A DNA stretch of 63,633 bases, the filler included, from Octopus bimaculoides (taxonomy: Eukaryota): assembly GCF_001194135.2 (NCBI RefSeq). It is 6 parts of 6 records of this genome, joined end to end, with 100 filler letters (N's around TTAATTAATTAA, not from the genome) between each part and the next. Parts side by side here need not be neighbours in the genome. Positions count along the whole stretch, not along the records: positions 13,040 to 40,950 come from NC_069007.1; positions 41,051 to 47,328 come from NC_069009.1; positions 47,429 to 55,019 come from NC_068994.1; 3 more parts are not named here. One strand, 5' to 3'. The notes below the pieces were generated by a model. That model was not told the DNA's origin. It searched no databases and was given only the letters and a program-made list of their open reading frames with translations. Below, piece after piece: positions 37,557 to 49,379 of the stretch. Position 1 is the first letter of the stretch, and every line of letters starts with the position of its first letter. A program made the translations under genes and the position numbers.

Positions 37557-37593
<37 letters not shown>

Positions 37594-38008
37594 TTGTAAG
37601 AAACTCTAGAGAGGGTTGGACAATTGAAAGTCTTCAGAGAATAAATCACTCCACCTCGTGCACATGTTTCGGTCCTGAGATTCTTACACTCCAAGGGCGC
37701 CGAGTGGCATCCAGGTCATGGCTCCCTCTGCTCTCCCAGTTTGCGATACTACCACCTGCATTACAGTCTGTAGCTTCCTGGATGGTTAAGGTACAGCCCC
37801 GCCCCAGCTCAGATACACGAAGAAAATAAAAAAAAAAGGCACTAGTATTTTCTTTGTACCTAACAATCATATCATCGAACAGATATAACACAACGTGTTT
37901 ACTTAAAAAAAAAGAAATGGTTTTTCACTTCTGACGCGACAGAGAGCGGTGTCGGTTGTTGAAGTCCCCCGAACATTCTTTTATCAAAAAGTCTTTGAGA
38001 AATCTTAC

Positions 38009-38248
38009 CTCAATTTTCACCGAGACCTCTGGTTCTAGTTCCGGCATATCAATCATTAATGCTTCCTCCTCTTTCATCAGAGGATTTGCGAACGTCACTT
38101 CCTTTTTAAAACCATTTGCTTGGATCTCTTTTTTTGATTTGTTTTTCGGTAACGTTTTCTGGTTCTTTGTTTTCTTGTCTTTGGCAGCGGATGGCTTCTT
38201 GCGTTGCTTGTTGGAGGCGGCGGAGGAGGAGGACTGTTTCCGCTTTGT
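38009..38248 (-). CDS. ITPR-like exon, Lys/Ser-rich linker (TKRKQSSSSAASNKQRKKP...PEVSVKIE)
   Basis: Open frame with donor GAG|GTAAG at 38009. Acceptor is ambiguous (38248 or 38233, same frame). No recognisable motif, so assignment rests on position and strand. Confidence 0.6.
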
Positions 38249-40911
38249 CTTTTATTTGTTTGTTATCAAAATAAATAAATAAATAAACAATAATAATAAT
38301 AATAATTAATTTTAGTATGATTGTTGTTGTTGTTGTTGTTGTTATCGTGACGTTTTATCCAAATAGCAGCCATGATAAAGAAAAAAGAAAAAAAGAGAGA
38401 GAAAACATAAAAATGGTTGATGGTTCTCTGTGGAATAAGTGCAGCTGAAGAATTTGAAAAATCGATGGAATGAAATACTTCGTTGAAACTACTTACAGCA
38501 AAATACAATGACAACATCAGCAACAATTATAAAGGTTTTTACCTCTCTCCCTAGAAAAGCTGACCATNNNNNNNNNNGGAAAAAGAAACAAAAATAAGAT
38601 TAAAAAATGATTTTGTGAATTTCTGTTTGTCTGATTGTCTGTCTGTTTCTATCTAGAAAATTGGACTTTAGTGTATTTCATGTCGGAAGCGATGCCAGAA
38701 TTTAATTAATTGGCATATAATCTTATTGAAGAGACGAATCATTACGTAAATGATTGATTCTGGTGAAGAAATGCAAGGGAAATAACTCCTGAAATTTCGA
38801 TAGATTTATATTAATTACATAAGGAATATAGTGTGGGATGTATCCGCTTTTGAGTTGTATGGTGGTAAGGCCAGATACGTCGTTTCTAGATCTTATCATC
38901 GAATCACATTGCGTCTGCAGCTAGAATACTTGGTAATATAGTAAAACAGCAATTTAATTATTTAAAACTACGGCCTTAATGATGAGCATAATCCTCATCT
39001 CAATCACTAATCTTAGTCCCCAAAACAGGGAGACAACGCTTGATGTACTTCGATCTTATTTGACTTCATCAATGAAGCACCCCTAGTTGTAATTATGAGA
39101 TCTTAGAATGAGAGTGATACAGTTTATTGGTGAATGATCACTGAATGTCATAAATTATAAGAATGACCGAGAAAATCACCAAGGAATACTATTTGAACGA
39201 AAACTTAAGAGCGAATTATACTTGATGCAGTGACTAAAAGCATTTTAATCATTTCAAATTAAAGTTATAGTGGTGAGAAAAATAATTTTCAACATGACTA
39301 AATTTGGATAAATTTTTAATTAATTGAAATTAATTATATAGTGAATACAACAAGTGGATGATGAGTCTCTCTGTTTCTGCTTTTAATTAATCAGAAGAGG
39401 AGGACGAGAGGCAAAAGAAAGGACGAAGCCCAATGACTTATGCAGGCCTTTCTTTCTCCCAGACTGGGGGAATTAATGCGGCTGATAGTTTCCGCTCAAG
39501 CAGCTCGAAATGTGTTTGGAGAGGTTAGTGGAAAATGTTCTTTTATGTTTCCAAAGTGTGTGAATATGGTGGTAAAAACGAACTATAAAAGGAATTCTCG
39601 ACCAGATCAATAAAATTCCTGGGGAGACTGTTATTCTCGTATGGAACTTTAGCACAATAGGTTAGAGCTTTCGAAAGACTAGCGACTCCAATTACATTTG
39701 ATTTTTGTAAGAAAGGGAATCTGTGGAGTTTGAAACTTAATAGTTATTATGCCATGTTTTTCATTCAAAACTGCATGGCAAACTCTGTATAAATGAGAAA
39801 TCATTGCTATTATTTTTAGATAGTTGAAATGAATGTACAAAAATGTTGAGCTACTGTAGGCATGTGCTTCGAAGTGCGCACTTCGGAATTATGTACTTTC
39901 AAAGGGATTAAGTGATGCAGCGATGCGCCTCCAAATGGATTAAAACAGCAAACACCAGAAGAATGCAGTAAGAGGAATTTTACCCATCCCTATACCTTAA
40001 AAGACACTGAACCAGTACTTGTTAATCCTTTTGAACGGTTATTTTTTACACGCATGCAGGTGTTAGCATGAATATATTTTTTACGATTTTGCATATACAC
40101 AAATTTTTTCACATAAACACACATTATATTCTTAAGCTTATTCTATTTTTTTTTGTGTAATTTATATTCATCTTTACCATACTAAATGTCATATCGTTTA
40201 TTTTTCAAAGAAAAAGTTACATTTAAAACGATGTATTGATAGATCGATAAATTGTTAGACATAGCAAGCTACTGGTTAGATAGACAGACAGACAGATAGA
40301 TAGGCAGAGATAGCTAGCTAGATATATAGACACACATATAGATATGCAGAAAGGCAGATAGCTAGCTAACCAGATAGCTAGACAAACCAGCCAAACAGAT
40401 AGATAGATAGACATATTTAGCTAGCTAGATAGACGGAAAGATAGACAGATAAACAGAAGTAGACAAACAGATACATAGGCAGACACAGATATAATTAGAT
40501 AGAGGGGGATAGACTGAAATATATAGTTAGACAGAGAGATAGAATGACATATGGATAGATATAGACAGCTAGGTAGACAGATTAGTAAAAAGATAGATAA
40601 GTAATGTGGCAGATATGCAGACAGATGTATAATAATACGAAAACGGATAGCTCAATTCATACTTCAGTAGATAAATAGACAGATAGACAGACAGATAGGT
40701 AAATAGATAGATAAATAATTAGATAGATAGATGGGTGAGTAAGTTAATAATTAGGTTTTAGGTAGATTATTGATAGGCAGACAGAGATAAAGGGCAAGGA
40801 ATGGGTGAAATTTTAAAAAATGATTACAAGCGGGAGAGGATTAGAAAGACACAGAAATCACTGAGAGAGAGAGATAGAGACAGAGAGAGAGGGAGGGAGA
40901 GCGAAAGAGAA

Positions 40912-40950
<39 letters not shown>

Positions 40951-41050
40951 NNNNNNNNNNNNNNNNNNNNNNNNNNNNNNNNNNNNNNNNNNNNTTAATT
41001 AATTAANNNNNNNNNNNNNNNNNNNNNNNNNNNNNNNNNNNNNNNNNNNN
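40951..41050. other. Artificial scaffold-join spacer
   Basis: TTAATTAATTAA at 40995-41006 between N-runs. Confidence 0.95.
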
Positions 41051-41052
41051 GT

Positions 41053-41925
41053 ACTCATACTGGGGAAAGACTATATGACTGTGATGTCTGTGGTAAATCA
41101 TTCTCTTCCAGTAGTCACTTGACTACTCACAAACGTATGCATACAGGTGAGAAACCATATCGCTGTGATATCTGTGGTAAATCATTTTCTATGCATAATT
41201 CCATGGTTAAGCACAAATACATTCATACTGGGGAAAAACCATATCATTGTGATATCTGTGGTAAACAATTTTCTGAAAAGAATAAATTGATTGAGCACAC
41301 ATACATTCATACAGGTGAAAAACCACATCGCTGCGATATATGTGGTAAATCATTTTCTCTAAAGAGTACCTTGACTATTCACAAACGGATTCATACTGGA
41401 GAAAAACCATATCACTGTGATGTCTGTAGTCAATCATTTTCTTCTAATAGTCACTTGATTCATCACAATCGTACTCATACTGGGGAAAGACTATATGACT
41501 GTGATGTCTGTGGTAAATCATTCTCTTCCAGTAGTCACTTGACTACTCACAAACGTATGCATACAGGTGAGAAACCATATCGCTGTGATATCTGTGGTAA
41601 ATCATTTTCTATGCATAATTCCATGGTTAAGCACAAATACATTCATACTGGGGAAAAACCATATCAGTGTGATATCTGTGGTGTATCATTTTCTCAAAAT
41701 AGCACTTTAACTTATCACAAACATATTCATACTGGGGAAAAACCATATGGCTGCGAGGTCTGTGGTAAATCATTTTCTCTGAATTCTCACTTGACAAGGC
41801 ACATACGCATTCATACAGGGGAGAAGCCATATCATTGCGATCTCTGTGGTAAATCATTTTCTCAAAATTGTAAATTGAGTAGGCACAAATGCAGTCATAC
41901 CTTGGGAAAGACCAAATCACTGTGA
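41053..41925 (+). CDS. C2H2 zinc-finger gene 1 (5'-truncated by the scaffold edge), 10 intact fingers
   Basis: Tandem C-x2-C-x12-H-x3-H fingers with TGEKP linkers. Frame ends after a shift at about 41900 (HTLGKTKSL*). Confidence 0.9.
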   Translation, partial: THTGERLYDCDVCGKSFSSSSHLTTHKRMHTGEKPYRCDICGKSFSMHNSMVKHKYIHTGEKPYHCDICGKQFSEKNKLIEHTYIHTGEKPHRCDICGKSFSLKSTLTIHKRIHTGEKPYHCDVCSQSFSSNSHLIHHNRTHTGERLYDCDVCGKSFSSSSHLTTHKRMHTGEKPYRCDICGKSFSMHNSMVKHKYIHTGEKPYQCDICGVSFSQNSTLTYHKHIHTGEKPYGCEVCGKSFSLNSHLTRHIRIHTGEKPYHCDLCGKSFSQNCKLSRHKCSHTLGKTKSL

Positions 41926-42390
41926 TCTCTGTGGTAAATCATTCTCTCAAAGGATTCCCTTGATTAAATACAGATGGACACCTACAGAAGTGAAGCCATA
42001 TTGTGATACCTGTGGTAAATCATTCTCTAGAAATAGTCACCTAAGTAGGCACGAACGCATTCATACTGGGGAAAAATCATATCAGTGTGATATCTGCGGC
42101 CAAACATTTTCTCAAAGTGATTGCCTCAATACAAACGTACTTATACAGGTGAAATGCATTCTCATTGTAATATATGTGGTAAATCGTTTTCTGAAAATAG
42201 CACTTTATCTAGTCAAAAACGTATACATAGAGGAGAGAAGCCGCATCATTGTGGTATGTTTAATGAGTCTTTTAAAAATGCTACTTAAACATACATGTGA
42301 GTATTCATACACAAGTGTTATGGTATCAATGTGAAAATTTATTACAACAGGACAACAGCTATGAAACCTTAATATCGTGTATAGATGGAA
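41926..42390 (+). pseudogene. Decayed C2H2 fingers downstream of ZNF gene 1
   Basis: [33 protein letters not shown] and further finger remnants broken by indels and stops. Confidence 0.8.
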
Positions 42391-42749
42391 ATACATCAAC
42401 ACAGCAATGACTTTGATTTCTGATGATGATTGTGCTGGAGTTTTGAGGAATTTGTTCTGAGAGAATAAAGGAATACGAAAAATGAATAAAAGTTTGAAGT
42501 AACATTGATTTTGTCTTTGTTGTGTTTTCATCATCATCATCATCATAATCATCATCCTTCAATGTCCATTTTCTATGCAGGCATGGATGAGAAAGTGTGA
42601 CATGAGCTGGCAAGCCAAAGTGCTGCTCCAGGTTCCAGTCTGATTTAACTTGGTTTCTTTGGCTGTACGCCCTTATGGTACATGGAGTATTTTATAAATA
42701 TGCCTCTTCAAGTATCATAATAGCATGAAACTAGTAGTAGCACTTTTGG

Positions 42750-43017
42750 TTACTCTTTACTCTTTTACTTGTTTCAGTCATTTGACTGCGGCCATGCTGG
42801 GGCACCGCCTTTAGTCGAGCAAATCGACCCCAGGACTTATTCTTTGGAAGCCTCGTACTTATTCTATCGGTTTTTTTTTTTGCCGAACTGCTAAGTTATG
42901 GGGACTTAAACATACCAGCATCGGTTGTCAAGCGATGTTGAGAGGACAGACACACAAACATATATATATATACATATATACGACGGGCTTCTTTCAGTTT
43001 CCGTCTACCAAATCCAC
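42750..43017 (-). mobile_element. Composite SINE: family C segment, internal (AT)n, family B tail
   Basis: Minus strand reads GTGGATTTGGTAGACGGAAACTGAAAGAAGCCCGTCG-(AT/GT)n-CGCTTGACAACCGATGCTGG...(GTAAAAGA)n. Confidence 0.8.
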
Positions 43018-44889
43018 NNNNNNNNNNNNNNNNNNNNNNNNNNNNNNNNNNNNNNNNNNNNNNNNNNNNNNNNNNNNNNNNNNNNNNNNNNNNNNNNNNN
43101 NNNNNNNNNNNNNNNNNNNNNNNNNNNNNNNNNNNNNNNNNNNNNNNNNNNNNNNNNNNNNNNNNNNNNNNNNNNNNNNNNNNNNNNNNNNNNNNNNNNN
43201 NNNNNNNNNNNNNNNNNNNNNNNNNNNNNNNNNNNNNNNNNNNNNNNNNNNNNNNNNNNNNNNNNNNNNNNNGGGAAAAAAAGGTGAGGGGTACGGTCCA
43301 TATCCATTAACTCCACCAAATCGTGTGCTGGAAACAGTTGTATAGAAGAATATGTTAATACGCATTATTCAAATAATCTGGTGAAATTAAAAAAAACAAA
43401 CTTCTGATTAGAGCCATCTATTGGAGAATTAAAGAAATACAGCCGTATAAAGGGAAATAACTTATACAACGCTTCCTGGAAGGTGCATCTGAATTATTAA
43501 TTAGCGTGATTAATTATCGATCACTGACTCGTTGTTTATATCTGAATACGGTAAGTTGACAAAGATTTACTTTAAAGCTGTAATGGTAGTAATAATACTA
43601 ATGATAATAATGTAAATGATATTATTATGTGAACCTCTCGATGTTACAGTAATTATTTCGAAGCGGAACTTAACATTAGGAAAATATATTTCCTGGTCTG
43701 AAATAGTAACTTCCAAACAGAAATGTTGATCTGTTGTTTATGAAAACCTATTATCAACTGAAACGTGTGATATAAGGGAAATTAATTTGTCCGATGAGTG
43801 TAATGTGGCATAATTAATTAGTAAAAAATGAGAGGAAACTGATTGAAGAATATCACAGTAATTAATGTTGTCCTGTTCTTTACGAAGCATTGATAAAACG
43901 TGAAGTTGACAAGGATTTGCTTTAAGGTTATATTGATAATAGTAATGATGATGATGGTTTCAAATTTTGGCTGAGGGCCAACAATCTTTCATGTGGGCGG
44001 GAAGTAGAATACATAGAACCCAATATTTTCGGAAAGGGATGAAAGGGACGTTCGACCTCGGCCGTATCTGAAGTCGGGAGTTTCAGCCTAGGTCGGCTTT
44101 GACGTTCATTCAATTCGGTGTCAATGAATAAATAATAATAATAATAATAATCTTTCCTACTCTAGGCAGGAGGTCCGATTTTTTGGTGGGTAAGGGGCAG
44201 TGGATTAGATCGATCTTCGTACGCAACTGATACTTAATTCGTCGATCCCGAAAGAATGATAGGCAAAGTTGAGATCGATGGAATTCCTGCTTTGTTGTAG
44301 CACATTTGTGTTGGTATGCCAGTCTTTCAATGTCTCAGTGGACTCTGAGCCATGCAAGCATGGACATTAAATGGATGAAAGGTGTTAATGTAACATTTGT
44401 AACGTTGAATTACTATGCCGTTTAACTATCCTGTTTATTTTACTGCTTCTTTTCCTGTTTCAGATTATCACATCCTATTGATGTAAAAGACATTTTTTAC
44501 ATTCCTTTTTATTGACTTTCATCAATTAAAGGAACACCATATATTTATAAACCACATTCATCAATACGTCAACGTCTTTATGTAACTAAAATCTCCAACA
44601 AACGGTGGAAAATACTACTTCTGGACAATGGAATTAACAGCAACATCTTCTTGTCTTCACTGTCTGGAATGTAGAGGAGGTGATCACTTTACAGGTTAAT
44701 TAAACTTGGTTAACTTTACGAAGGAGTTGACAGTTTTCACCTGTTGATTTAGATATTAAATAAGATCACAGCTGAAAGAAACATAACATTTAATTTATTC
44801 TCTGAAAATTGTGACTCAGTTGAACACAAACATATTCAAAGAAATGAAACAACACTATCGTGATATACACGACAAATTATTCTCTCAAA

Positions 44890-46542
44890 ATGGAGAATTT
44901 AACTAAACCAAAAAGCTTTGATACAAGAGAGAAACCATATTCCTGTGATATCTGTGGTAAATCATTCTCTCGAAAAAGTCGACTGACTATACACAAACGT
45001 ACACATACAGGAGAGAAGCCTTATCATTGTCTAACCTGTGGTAAATCATTTTCTGACGTTAGTCTCTTCAAAACGCACAGACGCATTCACACTGGAGGAA
45101 AACCATTTCATTGTGATACCTGTGGTAAACGATTTTATCAAAAGATTCACTTGACTAATCACATATACATTCATACAGGTGAAAAACCATATCGCTGTGA
45201 TATCTGTGGTAAATCATTTTCTGTAAACAGTTCCTTGACTAGTCACAAGCGTATTCATACTGGGGAAAAACCATATGACTGTGATGTCTGCGATAAATCA
45301 TTCTCTTCTAATAGTAACTTGATTTATCACAAACGTACTCATACTGGGGAAAAACCATATCAGTGTAATATCTGTGGTAAATCATTTTCTCTGAATTCTA
45401 ACTTGACAAGGCACAAACACATTCATACTGGGGAAAAACCATATCGCTGTGATATCTGTGGTAGATCATTCTCTTGTAATAATCACTTAATTCATCACAA
45501 ACGTATTCATACAGGTGAGAAGCCATATCATTGTGATATCTGTGATAAATCATTCTCTTCTAATAGTAACATGATTCAGCACAAACGTATTCACACTGAG
45601 GGAAAACCATATCGCTGTGATATCTGTGGTAAATCATTTTCTAAAAATAGCACTTTATCTTGTCACAAACATATTCATAAAGGAGAGAAGCCATATCATT
45701 GTGATATCTGTGGTAATTCATTCCCTTGTAATAGTCACTTAATTTGTCATAAACGTATTCATAAAGGTGAAAAACCATATCAGTGTGAGATTTGTGGAAA
45801 ATCATTCCATAGTAATAGTCACCTGATTTATCACAAACGTGTTCACCCAGGTGAGAAGCCATATCACTGTGATGTCTGTGGTAAATCATTTTCTGGAAAC
45901 AGTTCCTTAACTACTCACAAACATATTCATACTGGGGAAAAGTCATATGACTGTGATATTTGTGACAAATCATTTTCTAGACATGATAGCTTAACTAGGC
46001 ATAAACGCATTCATACTGGGGAAAAACCTTACCAGTGTGATATCTGTGGTGAATCATTTTCTGAATATGGTACTTTAACTAGTCACAAACGTATTCATAC
46101 AGGAGAGAAGCCATATCATTGTAATATCTGTGGTAAATCGTTTTCTCAAAATAATCACTTGACTAGGCACAAACGCATCCATACTGGAGAGAAGCCATAT
46201 CAGTGTGATATTTGTGGTAAATCATTCTTTTGTAATAGTCGCTTCATTCGTCACCAACGCATTCATACTGGGGAAAAAGCACATCAATGTGATATCTGTG
46301 GTAAATCATTTTCTGAAAATAGCACTTTAACTTATCACAGACGTAGTCATACAGGAGAGAAGCCATATCATTCTAATATCTGTGGTAAATCATTCATTGC
46401 AAACAGTGTCTTGAATAAACACAAGCACGTTCATACAGCGAAGAAGCCATATCATTGCGATACCTGTGGTAAATCATTTACTCAAGAAAGAGTCTTAAGT
46501 AAACATGAATGCATTCATGCAGGAGAGAAACCACATCACTGA
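44890..46542 (+). CDS. C2H2 zinc-finger gene 2, single coding exon, 19 fingers (finger 18 has C->S), no KRAB or other domain visible
   Basis: 550-aa ORF from ATG 44890, regular 28-aa repeats. A good splice acceptor at 44463 suggests an upstream non-coding exon. Confidence 0.95.
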   Translation: MENLTKPKSFDTREKPYSCDICGKSFSRKSRLTIHKRTHTGEKPYHCLTCGKSFSDVSLFKTHRRIHTGGKPFHCDTCGKRFYQKIHLTNHIYIHTGEKPYRCDICGKSFSVNSSLTSHKRIHTGEKPYDCDVCDKSFSSNSNLIYHKRTHTGEKPYQCNICGKSFSLNSNLTRHKHIHTGEKPYRCDICGRSFSCNNHLIHHKRIHTGEKPYHCDICDKSFSSNSNMIQHKRIHTEGKPYRCDICGKSFSKNSTLSCHKHIHKGEKPYHCDICGNSFPCNSHLICHKRIHKGEKPYQCEICGKSFHSNSHLIYHKRVHPGEKPYHCDVCGKSFSGNSSLTTHKHIHTGEKSYDCDICDKSFSRHDSLTRHKRIHTGEKPYQCDICGESFSEYGTLTSHKRIHTGEKPYHCNICGKSFSQNNHLTRHKRIHTGEKPYQCDICGKSFFCNSRFIRHQRIHTGEKAHQCDICGKSFSENSTLTYHRRSHTGEKPYHSNICGKSFIANSVLNKHKHVHTAKKPYHCDTCGKSFTQERVLSKHECIHAGEKPHH

Positions 46543-47289
46543 TATACATATATATATAGTAAGGAGAATGTACGAAAAAAAAACAACAACAGACGAGGAC
46601 AGGTGGTGTAAACAACAAAAGGATGTATTAGTATGACGCTCGGGAATACGGAAAGTCGCTAACGTTTCGAGCTACGCTCTTGTAATACCTTCTCTTATTT
46701 GTCCAATATTCTTACTGAGGAAAAGCCATATCATTGTGTCACCTGAGGTAACTCATTGATGAATATCAACTTCATTATTATGTATATATCTCAAGATATC
46801 AACACAGCGATGACTTTGATTTCTGAGGATGATTGTGCTGGAGTTTTGAGGAATTTGTTCTGAGAGAATAAAGGAATAGGAAAAATGAATAAAAGTTTGA
46901 AGTAACATTGATTTTGTCTCTGTTGTGTTTTCATCATCATCATCATAATCATCATCCTTTAATGTCCATTTTCTATGCAGGCATGGATGAGAAAGTGTGA
47001 CATGAGCTTGCAAGCCAGAGTGCTACTCCAGGTTCCAGTCTGATTGGACCTAGCTTAAATATTGCATCATTTAAATATGTGCTAATAATATCTTTATTAT
47101 TTTAAACTTAAACTTCGTTCAAATAGCATTTTAAACGAAAAAATTTGTTTAGTAGGTTTTTATATATGATGTACTTATTAGATTATTTTATAATGGATGT
47201 AGGATTGATTATTGAATGGTTATTATTTTGATATTTTAATAATATTTTTCTATCTTTATATAATAAGTATTTTATATACATGCATATAA

Positions 47290-47328
<39 letters not shown>

Positions 47329-47428
47329 NNNNNNNNNNNNNNNNNNNNNNNNNNNNNNNNNNNNNNNNNNNNTTAATTAATTAANNNNNNNNNNNNNNNN
47401 NNNNNNNNNNNNNNNNNNNNNNNNNNNN
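47329..47428. other. Artificial scaffold-join spacer
   Basis: TTAATTAATTAA at 47373-47384. Confidence 0.95.
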
Positions 47429-47468
<40 letters not shown>

Positions 47469-49379
47469 GCAAATATACACATACATATACATACACACAT
47501 ATGTATAATCAAAAACTACCAACCTACTGGAAATAGCAGCCACAAATCACTCAATTTGCACTCTGCTAGCTTAAAGGGATAAAGAAAATTTGTGCAATGT
47601 AGAAGTGTAAACATTGCGTCTGAAAACGTGATGGGATGGTCACCATTGGAACTCCTTCGATCGTACATCTGCTTGATAGGAACACAAAACAACAACAACA
47701 GCAACAACAACAACAACAACAGCAACACCAGCAGCAGCGGCAGCAGCAACGTCAGTCTCATCAATTTCGGTGGCCCTGCAACATGTATGGGTAGTCTTCT
47801 TCCGTCTCCTTAATAATAAATTAAGAAAAAAAAAAAAAGAAAAAATGAAGACAGACAACCGCAAAATAATTCTATGCATAAAAACCATCCTCTCTTTTCT
47901 TTTTTTTATTTCCTGTAAAGATTCCGATATCAATGGAACTCCTTCCCAGTCACGTTCGTAGTTCTTTCTTTATCGGTGATGTGTTCTATTCACGAAGCAG
48001 TCTCTTTGATCCAAATTTCTCAGCAGCACAACGCATGCAGCAGCTTTTGAGTTTTAGCAAGTGAGGCAGTATCGTTAGATAGACTGACTCTGCGTGTTTA
48101 CAACAAAATCTTAGGAACGACAATCAATCAAACAGCCATTACACATTTTGGCCTATCTGAAAACAAAACGAACCGACATTTTAATATCGCTTCCTCTTAT
48201 TTTGTGACGAGTTGTATTAGCTCCGTTATTAATAAAGCATTTTTTTTAAAAAGGCCTCTTTACAATGTTTGCAGTGTATCCTTAGATACATCAGTAATAT
48301 CCTCCTGTCCGCCATTGTTGCAGTTTTATTCCCCAAATGTCGAATGAATACTTTATTGAATGAATGTTCTCCTCCTTTGCTTTCCTCCCCCCTCCGCATC
48401 CACATTAAATCACAATAGTTCAAAGAATCCATGCAGTCAGTGCATTTCATTGGTTCCCGTTGTGTTAATATATGAATGTAAGCTTAAGCTGTGTGGTTAA
48501 GAAATTTACTTTGCAACTGCGAAGTATTTGATTCAATCTCGTATCCGACACCTATTTGGGAATGTGTCTTCAAACGTATCTCTAGGTTAACCAAAGCCGA
48601 GCGATATTTTGATTCTGAGAATCTGTGTCGAAATCAGTGGGTGGAAAAGTCTATCTTGGATAGTGGACTCAATTAATCATGCCGTTGAGCAGAATAGGTC
48701 TTAGTCTGAAGATACCTCCTCCTTTTCCTCTCACCGTTAATGCAAACCATGAAAAGGAACTCATGCGCGTTGCACTTTTTTCTTTGAAGAAGCCATTGAA
48801 AAGCTCTTTCCTTTGATATCACACGTAACTCTTTGCAACAAACAGAAAATATCGCAAGCTAACGAAATAATTGCACTTTTTAGCGCTTCCACCAAGACTT
48901 ACACCAGTGAATTCACTTACATGTGCAACCGTCTTCATTACGATCACAACTCATGAACACAAAGCTTCTTGAAATTAATTCCTGTCACTTTGGAAAGTTA
49001 TTGTGAAGTTATATTTCGATGATGAAGCTACTATAAAGAAAACAAGGCGATGGATCGGCATAAACAGCGAATTGAGTGACACAAACATGTTCCGGAGTCA
49101 ATGACATTTCTTTATGTTCTGAATTCAAATCTATCAGGGAGTATATTTGTCTTTCATCCTTAAGGTATGAGTATAATAAAGAATCATCAAGTGTTGTGTG
49201 GATGAAATCGAATATTTTCTTCTCCGAAATCTAGGGCTTTCTACCAATGTTACAAAAATCAATAACTTCCATGGTGTCGTTTTACAGATACGCTGGTAAA
49301 ATAACGAATTAGTATTAGTTATCGACGAATTTATTCACCTTATAGAATTTTATTCACCTCATATTATACTCTAATCTTA

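Larger units (their letters stand above)
13332..38248 (-). other. Partial gene model: divergent IP3R/RyR-superfamily channel (3' part; the 5' end lies upstream of 38248 and was not found in this scaffold)
   Basis: 15 exons with GT-AG boundaries and compatible phases. They translate to segments alignable by eye, in order, with ITPR: RIH-assoc (MCDGQ..NYLREQ..NQDN), IEIV..INF, TM1-2, TM5-pore-TM6 (LNIIFGIIVDTFSELR), EHNMW, DFFP..ALSL. Several internal exons fall in N gaps. Confidence 0.92.

Noticed and set aside
37646-37891. Minus-strand ORF inside the channel gene as a possible extra exon
   Set aside because: Several weak splice options and no similarity to ITPR. Unresolved without RNA data.
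38543-38567. 25-bp donor-ending fragment next to a small gap (similar case at about 30215-30227)
   Set aside because: Too short to assign a frame or homology. They may be real exon ends.
41627-45889. Minus-strand ORFs 41627-41920 and 45641-45889
   Set aside because: Antisense shadows of the zinc-finger repeats.
13332-46542. A functional cluster linking the channel with the ZNF genes
   Set aside because: They lie on different scaffolds separated by a synthetic spacer.
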